DNA of 54,241 nt from Halocafeteria seosinensis (Eukaryota). The position numbers and the translations under genes are program-made. Shown one piece after another: positions 20,634-33,700 of this stretch (its first letter is position 1; each line of letters starts with the position of its first letter). Location: NCBI GenBank assembly GCA_001687465.1, contig LVLI01000252.1, positions 1 through 54,241 of the forward strand, written 5' to 3'. The notes under the pieces are model-generated. The model made no database searches. It saw only the letters and a program-made list of their open reading frames with translations, and was not told the origin of the DNA.

Positions 20634-22483
20634 CTAGTTTCGGGCTAAGAAGACCTTTACGCTCCAATCAAAGAAGCTATCTACCAGGGAAGCTGGGATG
20701 ACTAAGTAGCTGATCAGCGATTCTACTGGCATTATAACATGATCGCTCACTTCGCCCGTTGCATTATGAGCGTTCGGCCGGGAGCAGTCTATTCCATGAA
20801 AAGTGATGAATCCATCCCTTGTGAGGCGTAATAGTAGAAGCGAGTTTTGTCTACCCACTATGTAGCCCAGCAAACATCCCATAAGGCCGTCAGTTCATCA
20901 AGACTCTGTTTCTCGGTTCTATTCGGGCGGACCAAAGGCTGGTCCAAAGCGTCGCGACCACGTTTGAAGGCGTATGAAAACTCCCATCTAGTGCTCACAG
21001 TTTCAAACTTATCGCCGTCGAAGGCATCTACAAGATTCAGGGTATACTGGAGAGGTTCGGAAATCCATGTGTTTGTCGATCACGGCTTTCTCTTTACAGC
21101 ACGTCCTTTCTGGAGCCAGATATCGTAGGACTCATTCGGAAATTGAACGTAGAGCTCGAAAAAAGACCACAAAATGTCTCCGGGCACCTTCCGATACTTT
21201 TCCCCCAGCATCTCTTCTGTATATATGGGTGGGCTCCACGTCGGTGGAAAGAGTATACTTACAGCTCCTGCTCTTCTTGTCCATAATGGTCCCGCGCACG
21301 GTAATAGTATCTTCATCTCTCATGTCGTTGTATAGTATAAGAACAGGAAGCACTCCGGCCTGCTGGAGAAAAAACAAAGCTAAATTCATCAGAGAATATC
21401 CGGACAGCGCACTCCCATGTCCCACCGTGGACCTTGACCAGGCCTTAACCATGACGACAAGAATCCGCACTAAGTTGCCAGCGGAAGCAAAATCTACATA
21501 CTCCTTCATGAGACGGGTTCGATCTTTCCCTGCACGATTGTTAAAAGAAATTTCAACTGTCACTTGTGTTTTATGTTTCGCCTTGATAACAGGCGCGTCG
21601 TTGACGAATTCAATGTTAACAAAAGGCCACGTGTCAGGCTTCTCACGGAGCGACTCAAGGACAGCACGATCGATCTGCAATATTCATTCATGCGGGCCCG
21701 CTACTTTGGCTTTTCACAGCTGAACTAGGAGCATACCAACTTACTTCGGAAGTGTTCCTGTTATAAGTATCAAGGGAGACATCGACGTGGCTCGAAGGTA
21801 AATGGCAGCCTAGTTCGACAGATCATACCCTATATTTCTTGCTGCACGGCCAAGGGAAGATGTGGCAAGAAGAAAACGCTGCAAACCAGCGCTACTTACA
21901 AACTGTCTACTTCTGCGATATGCTGATGTAAGTCCTGAAAAGCTTTTGTGGGAACATTTGCTGACTCCTTGTGTGATCTTCTCGTAGAGCTGTCCAGTGA
22001 TACTAAAGATAGGCCGGGAGTCCAAAGGGTGAAAGATCGAAACGGCAACAGAACACATACTTTGATCACATGGGTGTTGAACGATGTGCTAGTGGGAATG
22101 ATCCTCGGGGCGAATGCAAACATACCGTCGCCTCTAAACTGGGGTACCAGTGTATCGGTAGATGCTAGTACTCGCACTGGAGGCTGTATGAGACGATCAG
22201 AATCACTGTCACAGTCATCAAAGAGGTCCACTTCCTCACTACTGGAGGGATTCTCGGGGCTTCTTGCTCGCTTATACCGGGAACCTTGAAATTCCGTTCT
22301 GTTGGTCAGTGGAATTGCTCCCACCTCTCTCTGACGCGCTACAAATCCCGTTTGCAGATTGTGTCTAAAGCCATTAAGTGGTTCGACCACCAACGTCGTT
22401 GCATCAATCGGTGCTACAGGTTCACTCTCCTCCTCTTCCTCTTCCTCGTCCAGCCTCCTTCGTCTGTGCGTCCCGCTTATCAT
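20634..22483 (-). pseudogene. Cid1/TUTase/non-canonical poly(A) polymerase-like nucleotidyltransferase, apparently inactivated
   Basis: APVIK...VEISFNN, VKAWSR, LSGYSLMNLALFFLQQ..VLP, FFELY..F and WISEP motifs. The catalytic GS..DxD reads V*SVELGCHLPSSHVD (TGA 21825-21823), with a second in-frame TGA at 21082-21080. Confidence 0.7.
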
Positions 22484-23061
22484 TTCCCAGTGGTCGTTGC
22501 TTGACAGAACACGTCCTCGCTTAGAAGTAGCAGTAGGAAGTAGGGCAAGGCAGAAGGAAAAAAACCCACCCTTTCTCGCTCTGTATTTGTCTCTCGTTCG
22601 ACAGAGGTCAGGCTATAGCATGGTAGACGGATATAAACAGACTACCTTCATATGTATGCAGAGAGCGCGAGCCCGCCAAAATGTCACCCTCAGTAGGTAG
22701 AGCAGAAGTGCTGCACGTCTGTCCGCTGTTCATTACCGTACTAACGCAAGGCATGAAACTCAATTGATTTCATTTCATTTCATGCCAACCAATCAATCAT
22801 GGAATCGATACTCTATCTATCTGCCGTATAACGACATTGTTGAAGTTACCAGGACCAACTTGAGGTAGGTAGTGCAAGTATCCGTCATGAATGAATCCCC
22901 CAACATATCCGAACTGGTATTACTCCAGTTTCATCGTCTGCCCCGCTTCGACTATCCTGCGTGTGCGGTGCTCCGTACAGTAATGATACCTTACATTTTT
23001 GTGTGGTCAGGAATTCAAAGGCCAACGCAAGGTCAATGGCCATTCATCCCTGACCATTTTA

Positions 23062-25371
23062 CTACGACGACTTCCTGATTACTAATCGATCAGCAACAGT
23101 TCCCTGTCGAGCTTCCACATATTCCCATAGTAGCTTGTATCGGGATAAAGCAGTCAACCGGCCGTATCCGTAACCTCGCACCTTTACATACATATATTGC
23201 AAGCGTCCTTAGTGATTAAATAACATTACATACAGCAACTACAGTGTGCTTCAACAAGAGCTTACTTGCATAGATGACCAACTTTTTTTTGACTTCATCC
23301 TAGTTGCTTTGTATTGGCTCCCCGGGTTTCCAATAGTTATATGTATCTGTTCACAAAAAGACGACGCAAAGTTTACCAAGAGACGGGCCGCTTGACAATC
23401 AATCACTAGCCACATACGGTGCTGTTTGGAGACACGTATTCATAAAGAGACTGTGGTTGAAAGGACTGCTTGAACACCGGAAATGTCCGCTCGTAAGAAT
23501 GTACGTGTCCAGCAAAGTATAAGTCCACATTGTACCTGAATGCCAAAAGCTAAGCAAAGTAAAAATCAGAACAGTCACAAAAGGACTAATACAGACACGA
23601 ACTTTTGGAGAAGCGATTCGATTTCGAAAGGGCCAACGCGAAGAGGGTTACTCTCAGTTTTGCATTCACGCCTTCCCTGGAATACGCGACGCACCAAATG
23701 TAAGTATGTTCTTCTTCTTTACTTAACCATATATAAAGAATACACGAGCATACATGAGAGCAATAGAGAGGCCGATGTCCAACGACAACAAGAAATGGGA
23801 TTTTCTTCTTTCGTTCAGGATCTGACGCCTGCACAGACGTATTGAAGTTCCCTATTTGTAAATAATTTGCCTTCAAGAGCAACCTCGGTACATACCAGGC
23901 GCAAGTCTTCCTCTATCCACTTGTACTGGCGAAGAATCTTCCTCTCGTCTCGGGTGTACCAAACCTGCAAAATGTTCAACTCTGTGAGTCCGTACGTGAA
24001 ACATGGAAGAATACAGCTACAAAAGCTATACCTCCGTAGATATCATTGTCCAGTGAATTCCTCCAAACTCAACTGAGTACCAGTGGTTCTCGCTCCGATC
24101 CCTTCCTTGCGGCATGGCGAAGCGCGACGAGAAATGCACTGGGTTCCCAGGCTGAACACTGAAGCAAATTGTGCGGATTAGTTGCCTTGCTAAGTGACTG
24201 TTCTTTCGGGGAGCAACACATATGCAAGACTTACTCATGGTTGCCGGGCACTACAAGGTACGGAATAGCAGATGCAATGGGTTCGATTTGCTCCAAGAAA
24301 TCATCTCCGACCCGGTCAAGTGTATACTGAATCCATGTGCGTGATACAATATAGTTTATGGCAAACCCCTTCAATCCGTAAAAGAGCGACCAACTTACAG
24401 CTATATCTCCCGCATGAACTGCTAGTCTATACTTCCCACTTTCGGCATCAGTCAGTAAGGAAGGGAGGGCCACAGGATTGAACACTCCCAAATCCCCAAA
24501 TACGGCAACAGGTACCTGTAACATAAACCACAGTAATTGAACATTACGACGGACTTCTTCTGTATTGAATGCTACCAAGATACTTACTGCAAATTGTTGA
24601 TGTGCATATACATTTGTGGCTTTGGGAGACGACTTGACGTTGTCATTGACGACCCTGTAGCCGTAAGTTGCATTGGCTTCCAGGTGAGGGATGTGCACCT
24701 TGTGAATGAACTGCCATTCCAAGGGAGTTCCACGAGGATCTGCCGCATGGTAAACTCGTACTCGAGATTCTTGCTGCTGCTCCTGCTGCTGCTGCTGAGG
24801 GTGTGGGCGTTGCCCATGATTTTCAATCGTCCATATCTCCACGGCCGAGGTGTTTGAAGGCTCGAAGCTGGTACTCCAGGTCACATACAAACTCGGCGGC
24901 TCCGACGACTCGCCCAGACTGGAAATACAAGATGGAATGGAAGCAATAAGAGCTAGATCAATGGACAAGTAAAAGGTTGATTCTTACTCACCTCAGATGA
25001 ATCCGCGACTGCTCTTGCGGAATGCTTGCTTGCGCTGAAATAAGCCCCGGAAGCCACTTGGAGGCAGTCATACGGCTCCCATACGAAAAGCCATTCTTCA
25101 CGTGGCTGTTGACACCAGCAGCGCTCCCATGCCGTGCTAGCAGTGGCACCAGTGCGACAACCAACACCACCGCTGCGACCAGACCCAACGGTATCACCAG
25201 CGATCCCAGACTCCAATGCTTACGGCACCAGTACGTATGGAAGAGGGGCGAATGACGGCTCCCCTCCTCGCCGTTTGTGCGTGGCGTGGCGGCGTCATAG
25301 GATGGTAGCTCGTGTTCTTTGGTGTTGCGACGCAGGGGGTGTTGTCCTGAGCTTGAGCCTGATCCTCTCAT
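23062..25371 (-). CDS. Purple acid phosphatase (ACP7/PAPL-like metallophosphoesterase), copy A, N-terminal membrane anchor, multi-exon
   Basis: All five metal-binding motifs across exons: FGDLG, HAGDIA(Y), VVPGNHE, VVGHRP, FAGHVHSYER. C-terminal GYGYGRL. Fn3-like N-domain (LYVTWST...YGYRV). Confidence 0.9.
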
Positions 25372-25913
25372 TTAATTTGCATTCACGCCATACAAATGCT
25401 GTACGACTACCGTTTTCGCAAAAACGAAAAGACGAAGAAAAATGCATGTTTTCATCTGATTATTAAATCTAGCTATTTTTCTATTCTATAAACTATCGGT
25501 ACCACCAGTAGTAGCTTCTTACACTGTGTGCTCTTGGCGACCTGCAGGCTGCCGCCGACTGCTGCTGTGAATCAGGAAGTCTGAATGTGGCCACCGACCG
25601 AATCGCAAACTTTATCTTTCCAATGATGCAAGAAGAGTACATTGTCACAGGACTCTACCTGCAGGAATTGTAGTCAAGGTAGGCAACTCGTCGGAACTCT
25701 ACAATGCCAAACCGCCCACATGCTTCCAGAGTCTGGAACTCATGAAACGACACAGTGAACCTCATCACGTGAGGGACCATTATCTCCCGCAGCTTTGGTT
25801 CTCATACAGACCCCAAGAGGAGTGCTCCACCCGGCGGCTAGTCAAGGAAGTCAAATCGCCGAACGTCGTGTTGCCTCGGTTCGCTCTCTCTCTCTCTCTC
25901 TCTACAGCAAGAC

Positions 25914-28137
25914 TCAAGACTTCTTAATTCGGACATAGTCTGCAACTGTTCGGCTTTTTCCATCTACGTATTCCCATAAAAGCTCATTCGGAGACACAGC
26001 CGTAAGTCGTCCATACCCATAGCCGCGAACCTGAAAAGCGAAGAGCAAAGTCAGTAGCAAAGTGACCCTATACTTGTATCGAGTGAACAATGCGTACCTG
26101 CTGAGCGGTCCAGGGCTTCTTGACCTTCATTGTCATCGTCTTATACTTGCTGCCGGCATTCCCAATCGTTATATGTACCTGCAAGAAGACAACATCGAGC
26201 GCGAGCTCTGCTACAAATCACTCAAGTTGCACTTTGATAGCTAATGCGAACGCACAGTGGAATTTGGTTTCACGTAGTGATGATGATCCGTCTGCTGCTC
26301 GAATTTGTCATCGTAAACAGGAAGACTTCTCTCATATGCGTGTACATGCCCAGCGAAGTACATGTCCACGTTGTACCTGGATGTTGCGAGAAGTGCAAGA
26401 GACCCATTGGATAGCATCAGCGTGGATGGTTCCACAGAAACAAGGACGTACCGTTGCAGCAAATGTTCGATACCGTGAGAACCTTTTCGCACAGGATTGC
26501 GAACATTGTGGCACTCAGCATGACCCTGCACAACAAGTATAACAACCAGATAAAGAGGGTTCATCCGAAGTACAGGTTAATACGAACCCTTACCGCAGAG
26601 CAATACATGGGCCGGTGGCCTACAACCACAATGAACGGTACTTTGCTTCGCCTTGCGGGTCTCGAGGCCTGAATGAATAAACAGTATCACGAATCCATGC
26701 TCATTCGAAGTATAGTAATCCGCGTTCATAAACTAACGTTGTGCAAATCCGCCTCTATCCATCGATACTGGCGATCAATGTTAGCAGATCTTCGTTTATG
26801 CCAAACCTGACATGAGTACCTCATAATTTACATCGCACAATACCGTGTATACGTATGTACTGGAAATTTGCCTTACCTCTGTAGAGATCATAGTCACATG
26901 GATGCCTCCAAAGTCAAAGGAGTGCCATTGGTTGCCGTTAGGCAATCCGCCGTGGGGCATTGAAAAGCGATCACGAAGGTGTTTCAACGAAGATCCCATG
27001 CTGAACAGAAAACAGTGCACCAATATAATAAATAATTGCAGATACGAGCCACTCAGAGATGCTTACTCATGGTTTCCTGGAACCACATGATAGGGAAATT
27101 TCGACGCTATCGGCTCAATCTTTTTAAGAAAGCCATCACCACCACGATTTAGTGTATACTGCAAAACCCTTTAATATTAGCCCCAGTTGATGTCTCATGG
27201 TTAGTATTACTGCTGTTTTTCTTACAGCTATATCTCCTGCGTGCACAGCCAAATTGAATTTTCCCTCTCGAGCATCAGCTTTCAAGGGCTCTAGAGAGAC
27301 TGCGTTAGTGAGACCTAAATCGCCGAAAACTGCCATCGGAAGCTGCAGAGGTAGCAAATTTCCAGTCTTTCGTTTGCTTCCGTTTTTCCCCATGGGATTG
27401 CTTCATAATAATGATACTTACCCCGAAGTGATGCCCCTCATAGACTCGAATAATTGTTGCCGGTGACTTCTCCTCATCGTTAACCACCGAGTAACAAAGA
27501 GGTACATTAGGCTCTAAATGACCAACGTGCACCCTATGAACATAGCTGTTTCGCACTTGAACGGTATCTCGAGCTCGTCCATGGTAAATTTTGGCATTTT
27601 CTTCCCGTTCATTAGCTCTCCAGAGTTCAACACTTGAGGTATTGGAAGGCCGCGAAGTACTCCATGTAATGTACAAACTAGGTGCTTCTGCTGTTTCGCC
27701 TAAACTGCGAAAGCATACATAGATGGTGCGTCATCGCATTGTGAAAACGCCTATGTCATGACACATAGTTTGGCCTACCTGAGGTGGATTTGCGTTTGTT
27801 TGCCTGTCCGAGGTTGCTGTGGCTGCTTCCAGTGCCCGATAACCGTCCGATCGCCTTGTTTCGTAGTACCCGGACGACCTCCAGTAGAGTTCCCCCGATG
27901 ACCACTTCCATGAAAGCTGCTATTGGTATTATAGCTCAGGAGTGCACCTCGGCTGGCATTATCTCTCCTCTCTTCGCTTGCCATCCTCGTCGGAACGTCC
28001 CAAAGGTGCTGCTCCAAGATCATCACAACTCCCAGAAAAGCCACAAAGCCGAGAACCAGCGCTGTGTTCCCCGTAGTAGTCATACCTGGTGTAGTATGAG
28101 AAGCTTTGCTCTCCTCCTGGGTATCCGGGCACGCCAT
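25914..28137 (-). CDS. Purple acid phosphatase (ACP7/PAPL-like), copy B, tandem paralog
   Basis: FGDLG, HAGDIA, PGNHE, VVVGHRPMYCS, FAGHVHAYER and GYGYGRL. Intron positions largely match copy A. N-terminal hydrophobic anchor ALVLGFVAFLGVVMIL. Confidence 0.9.
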
Positions 28138-29149
28138 CTCGTACCGTGCTTAACCACAGAGCACAGCACAGTATTTTTTGGGGGGGGGGGCAACAGTGGT
28201 CTTGTGAAAACGGGGAACGACGTGCGCTACAGTATTGGCGTGAGTAGTTGAAGTGGCGCAGAAGACACCCACACGCAATTCTCAAAGTATCGGATAATAC
28301 GCAAAAAACAAACCAAACACTTTAATGTCTGTGCACGGGAACTGTGCAACTCAAGGAAAGTGCCGGAGTTGTCAACTCCGTCGTGAGTGAAAGGAGGAAG
28401 GAATTGCGCTGTGTTAGGGAATACAGGCTCTGCCGATGCCTGGTACTCGGGTATGTTGGGAATCACAGAACAATCGTTTAGAACCGGGTAAGGTTAAATG
28501 GATGCTTTCCCTATGCAATGACGTATGACACACTATAAAGAGCAAAAACTGCCCAACGCGTCGCAAGTTCACAAACGCGGTTTGCTTCCTGTGTGTATAG
28601 AGCAGCAGCAAGTACGAGAAATGAATGACCGCATCAAGTGCTCAATACGTAGTTTGATCTATGTGCGTACTTGCGGGTCCTACCGACATTGCAGAAAAGA
28701 GGAGGAAAACTGCTTCGGATTACCTGCTTCACACGCACGATTCATGAATCATGAGTCATGAGTCAATGAATATGGAAGCAAGGCTTCAGCAAGCAGCAGT
28801 ATGACCCGGTTACAGATTACCACAGGGCATATTACTCGGTTTTGAAACTCAGCTCCTACGGTGAGGTGTTTAGTAGGTCTGCTCGGTGAATCATACAGTA
28901 TAGTATCTCGCCTGACCAGACGAGCAACAATGGAGCAAGGAAGCCAGAAGTGGGAGTATACATATAGTTGTACAATTATTGGCCTCTTTTACTTGTGCGG
29001 AATTTCGGGTGTACGGGCTCTCTTTTGAAACAAATCATGCCTGGCAGACACGTCGTACTACAGGCAGCTGGAAGTCAGATTAGTGGTCATTGGCCGTAAA
29101 TTTGCTCATTGCCAAATTGGCACTGCATTGCCCTTACATATTCCGACCC

Positions 29150-29550
29150 CAGCAAATCTCGATAGCAAGTGCGAGCTTCTAGGAATTCGACGTTTTAGAG
29201 ACTCCAATATCCCAGCCTGGACTCACAGGTTCCTGGTTAAGTTACCTTGGCCGGGATTCGGAAGAGAAAGAAGCAGTGTCTGGGAGAGACTCTCAGCAGA
29301 TACCTTCCTTTAATAACACAGACTTCGCCTAAGGTGCACGATGTCCGCCTTCAAAGTCTGTGTGGAATGGGTTTTGCGGTTATTAAGGGACGGCTGGGAC
29401 AAAATCGTATTGCAGACCAAGGACAAACTGAAGCATTCTCTTCTTGGAATATACCCACCAGTAACCAGTCGCCTTTCAGATGCTGACGTTCCTGACATCC
29501 TTTACATACTTCTATGTCGAATCCCCTTTATTCACAATCGCTTGTGACGA
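29150..29550 (+). mobile_element. Degraded PIF/Harbinger (DDE_Tnp_4-like) transposase remnant
   Basis: Across frameshifts reads FRDSNIP...MSAFKVCVEW(G)FAVIKGR(W), resembling the GDxxYP...SxxRxxVExxFGxLKxRW C-terminal motif. Confidence 0.45.
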
Positions 29551-29949
29551 CAACCAAACCACTGGAAGTTGAAACCATGAAACGCTATCGACAGCTGCAC
29601 ATGTTAGGAAGATCATGAATCGGTCCTCGGGATAGAGGTGATAATGAAACAAGAGCGAGAACATCGAGCTTCAGAAACGTTAGGCCAGACTTACAATCTC
29701 TCCTTAACGCAACCAACAGTCAAGAACTGTAGCACATGGTATTGGTGGTGGTATCTTTCTGCACTGTAAGTCTCCTGAACAAAGGGACAATTGGATAGCG
29801 TCCTAAACAGCGTGTTTCATACCCACGTTTGTATGCTATTTTTTTGGTAATGAGACATGAGACGGACACTTCGCGTCAACTGTCAAGGTGTCAACAGCAT
29901 TGAGTCACTCACTGCAGGGCGTTCGACACGCAAGTTAGCAGACTACTAG

Positions 29950-30600
29950 CTGTCGAAAGCGCCTCTAGGAAGCCGACCACGGTGCCAATGAAATGGCGTA
30001 TAAAGGCGCCATGCGGTCGGTGTGTTGCTGCTAGAGTGGTGCCCCCTTCATATGGGCCACGACAGGGAGTATCTCCGTAATTTGCGTTCGTCATCGACTG
30101 TCGAAAACTAAAGTATCTTCATACGAAGGTCATTGTTTTGCTGCTATTCATATGCAAGGAGAACACTACTAAAGCTTCCAGCCGCTGGCTCGCACTGCCT
30201 CTGAGCAGATGCCTCGGCCGCAACCGCAAGGAAAACTTTTGTAAATGTGACCCACGCTTGTGGACGTTCCGGGGTACACCATTTTGTTGGGAAGAGCTAG
30301 ATTGCGCCCAGTTATGTTGCTGCATGGCTTTTGCGGTGGAGGGTACGCTGTCGGCGTCGACTCAGCGGTCGCTGAGCGATCCCCTGAGACCGTGCCATAA
30401 TTTATGATAATAAGCATACGTGCCCAGGCGCGCCGCGCGCACAGCGACACGGTGTCCACATCCTTGCGGAGTAACTGCCCGTGCCACGATGGCCGGCTGT
30501 GTTCTTCGCTGCGGTCGTGTTCTGCGAGAGAAACTGTCCCTACCAAACGGGATACCGGCGGCGCGTGCAGGGCCTCCACGGGGTCCATCTTCGCACGGGG
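29950..30600 (-). mobile_element. Possible highly decayed Ty1/Copia integrase remnant
   Basis: QHNWAQSSSSQQNGV resembles the PQQNGxAER motif, and the upstream GQLLRKDV...RRAWARML resembles the HxDxxGP...SRxxWV region. The catalytic residues are not intact. Confidence 0.25.
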
Positions 30601-30785
30601 AGTCGCACCCTCAGATTGGTTAGCTAGACAGGATTCATACGTCAGAAGTGCGTAAACTACATACATTTTGTTTGCAAAGAGCAAGAAAAAAAACACACAG
30701 AAGCCGTTGCTTATTAACCTCCTTGCGCCATTCTGTCGTTTGTCCGGCCTTCTCTTTTCTTTCGCTGGAGCAAACCCTAACGGAA

Positions 30786-33700
30786 ATGCATTCCGGCGTC
30801 GCTTTTCCTTATCTTGTGGGGATGGCCCTCTTGGCTACCTGCTTGCCTACCGGGTATGTACATCATGTGCATTCTGTTTCTTGCAGTTGGGGAGTCTTCT
30901 TCTCGTAGCGAGTAGATTGTCCCCCTACGGCCGCGGATCAGGANCCGCCGTAGAGTGTTCTTCCACGTGCCAGCGGAGAACACGCACATGGGTGGTGTCA
31001 CATTTGCGATAGTTGGTTGGCTCCCTTTACTTCGCTCTCATGCATATGGCGCGTCGTTGTGCTTTTCATTTTCATTGATCTGAACAATTGTATCTGCAGG
31101 TTGGCAGATGAACACCTCCTGGTGTCGTTTGAAAACAACATAACCGTTGCCAATGCCACAGAGTCTCAGTGCTACTGTGTGCTTGATGAAGAAAGATTCA
31201 TCCACAAATGCGAGCTCAACGGTTGTGAGGGAGACACCTTGTAGGTGTTGTTTAGGTTGAAAGGCATCGTTTCATTCGTTGGTTATGCTCCCGTATTGGG
31301 ATCTTTTGTGCGCAGGGAAGTCAACCCGGAATCCACGAACGCGCTGGCAGCACGAGGCATTCGCGGGAACGCATTTGTTGAAAGTGGTGTAGGAGACCAC
31401 GTGCGAAAGCTGTACGTTTCTCATTTACGATGGGGAACTAGTGACTGACAGTAATTGGTCATCTTCCATGTGATGCAGGATCTTGAAGGACCTGTCTCTG
31501 GACACGCTAGAAAGCAATGCTTTCATGGGACTTGGCACTCTGCGGGAACTGTACGTTGCTTTCATTGGCAAGGTGTTTCTGTCAAGGAGGCGCCACTTGA
31601 GTTTATCTTCGACTTGAGTTTGCTTCGTTCTACAGAGATCTATCTGGAAACATTATCGAGAAGATTCCCGACCGCACAGTCTTCGACGGCCTTAACGAAT
31701 TAACGGATTTGTAAGCCTACCCAAAGATGGATTTTCTCATTAACGACTGGCAGTGTCTGCTTTGCCTCCCTTTATCCAGGGATCTTTCCGGCAATCTAAT
31801 CCGGAGGCTAGAACCTAGCGTTTTCCAGAAAACAAAGTTGACGAGAGTGTAAGTTGGTTTCGAGACTAGCGACTGTATCCCACAATACGGACGAGGAACC
31901 GCAATAAGTTTGAATCAGGTACCTGAATGATAACGACATCGAGGAAGTTGCCCAATCTGCTTTGCGTGGTAGTAAACTTGAAGAGCTGTAAGTGTTGAGA
32001 AAAATTGCAACAGCTCATTGGGCAGATACGACGCTCGAACTTCCAGCTATCTCGCAAATAACGAAATTGATGTTTTAAAGAAGGCGACGTTTTTTGAGCA
32101 AAAGGAGCTGGTAATTTTGTAAGTTTTTTGCGGGCAGTTGCCATTCAGCGCCTCAAATTCAAGTCTTTACGAAACATTTTCAGAGACTTATCGCACAATT
32201 ACTTGGCATCGCTACCTGACGATTTCTTGGACTGGTCCACGCCGACGATGAAAAAGGTGTACGTCTGCAAAAAAAAACTTGAAGTGAGGCGGTTGACTGC
32301 ATTACCTGGCTCTTCAATTCGTTCTACAGGAACTTGAGTCAGAATAGGCTCACGACTGAGGGCCTTGACCCAGCCCTTAGTACGGTACAAGCGGATGAAA
32401 TGTAAGTGCTGTCACAAGTTGTCGTTCAACTGGTGGCGTTTGACGAATTTTGTGGCATGCAGTGATTTGAGTCACAATAAGTTAGAATCTATAGTTGCCA
32501 CTACGACCGGCTCCGCAATTCTTCGAGATCTCTCAAAGACAAAGACTCTGTATGTCGAATATCTTGTTATACTGATCGTTTCCGTAATTCTTGTGTGCAT
32601 GGAGCTTTTGCAAACTGCACACTCAGGCATCTGAACAACAATAACATACAAACCCTGACTAAAGAGGCGTTCTCTGGAATGGATACACTGGAAACTATGT
32701 GAGAGGTTGACAACAAGGGGGTGGAGATGTAGATGGATAACTTGCTTTGCTAAACTGAATGCAGCAACATCGGACACAATGCAATTAATTCCTTAGAGAG
32801 CTTTTCATTCTCCGGATTGGAGAAGCTGGAGGAAATGTAAGTATCTCTGTATGGCGAACTTGTTTCCATGTGACATGTTTCGTTGGTGCAGTGTACTATC
32901 GCACAACCATTTGGATAAATTAGACAATACGGATCCTGTATTCAACAACCTGCGGAAGCTTAATCTGATGTAAGCAAAGAAGTATCACCAATCTGCGGAA
33001 AGGAACCCAGAATACCTGTTTGGCTCTTGCGACCCAGTGATCTTTCTCATAACCGGCTGAGCAGCATTAACTCCAGCGCATTTGACCTCAGCAACTTCTC
33101 TGAGTATCGAGGAAGCGTGTAAGTTTTTTAAGTATTTAAGAGATTATGGAACTTCGCTATACGCCTCTATATCTGATACAGCGATCTGAGCTATAACCGC
33201 TTGGAGAGTGTCGCCGATGATAGCTTCCGAATCCGTGGAATGCGGACACTGTGAGTTAGTTACAGTCAATGCTGCACGGTCCCTCACCTTGGCAGAAAGA
33301 TCTGTTTGCTTTGATGCAGTGATCTGAGAGCAAATAAAATTTCTGCTGTCAGCACAAATAGACCTTTCGGGAATCTGTACTTTACCGAAGTGTAAGTTCC
33401 GGTGCTTCATATAGATTCTGTTATGGTAATGGAAGGGTCGGCTACTATGTCTGCTCAGGATCCTGGATGACAACCAAATTCGCGAAATCAAAAAGGGGAT
33501 GTTCAACTCCCCCTTCCTCTCTCGTGTGTACGTCGTTATAATTAGGCATGCGGAATTGTACATGTTCATATTCCAATCGGTTGCTTGCAGTTCGCTTAAA
33601 AACAATTGGATTGAATCTGTACAAGTGGCCTCCTTCGAAGAAATGTGTACTAGTTTCGGGGAGTTCTCCAACTGCGAACTGTGCGTCAAGAGTTCTTCCT

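Noticed and set aside
21080..21825. In-frame TGA codons as possible recoding (Sec/Trp)
   Set aside because: The first TGA replaces a conserved Gly, a catalytic Asp is also lost, and other genes in the window use TGA as a normal stop.
28739..28772. gattcatgaatcatgagtcatgagtcaatgaat short palindromic/AP-1-like repeats
   Set aside because: Too short and low-complexity to support a regulatory call from sequence alone.
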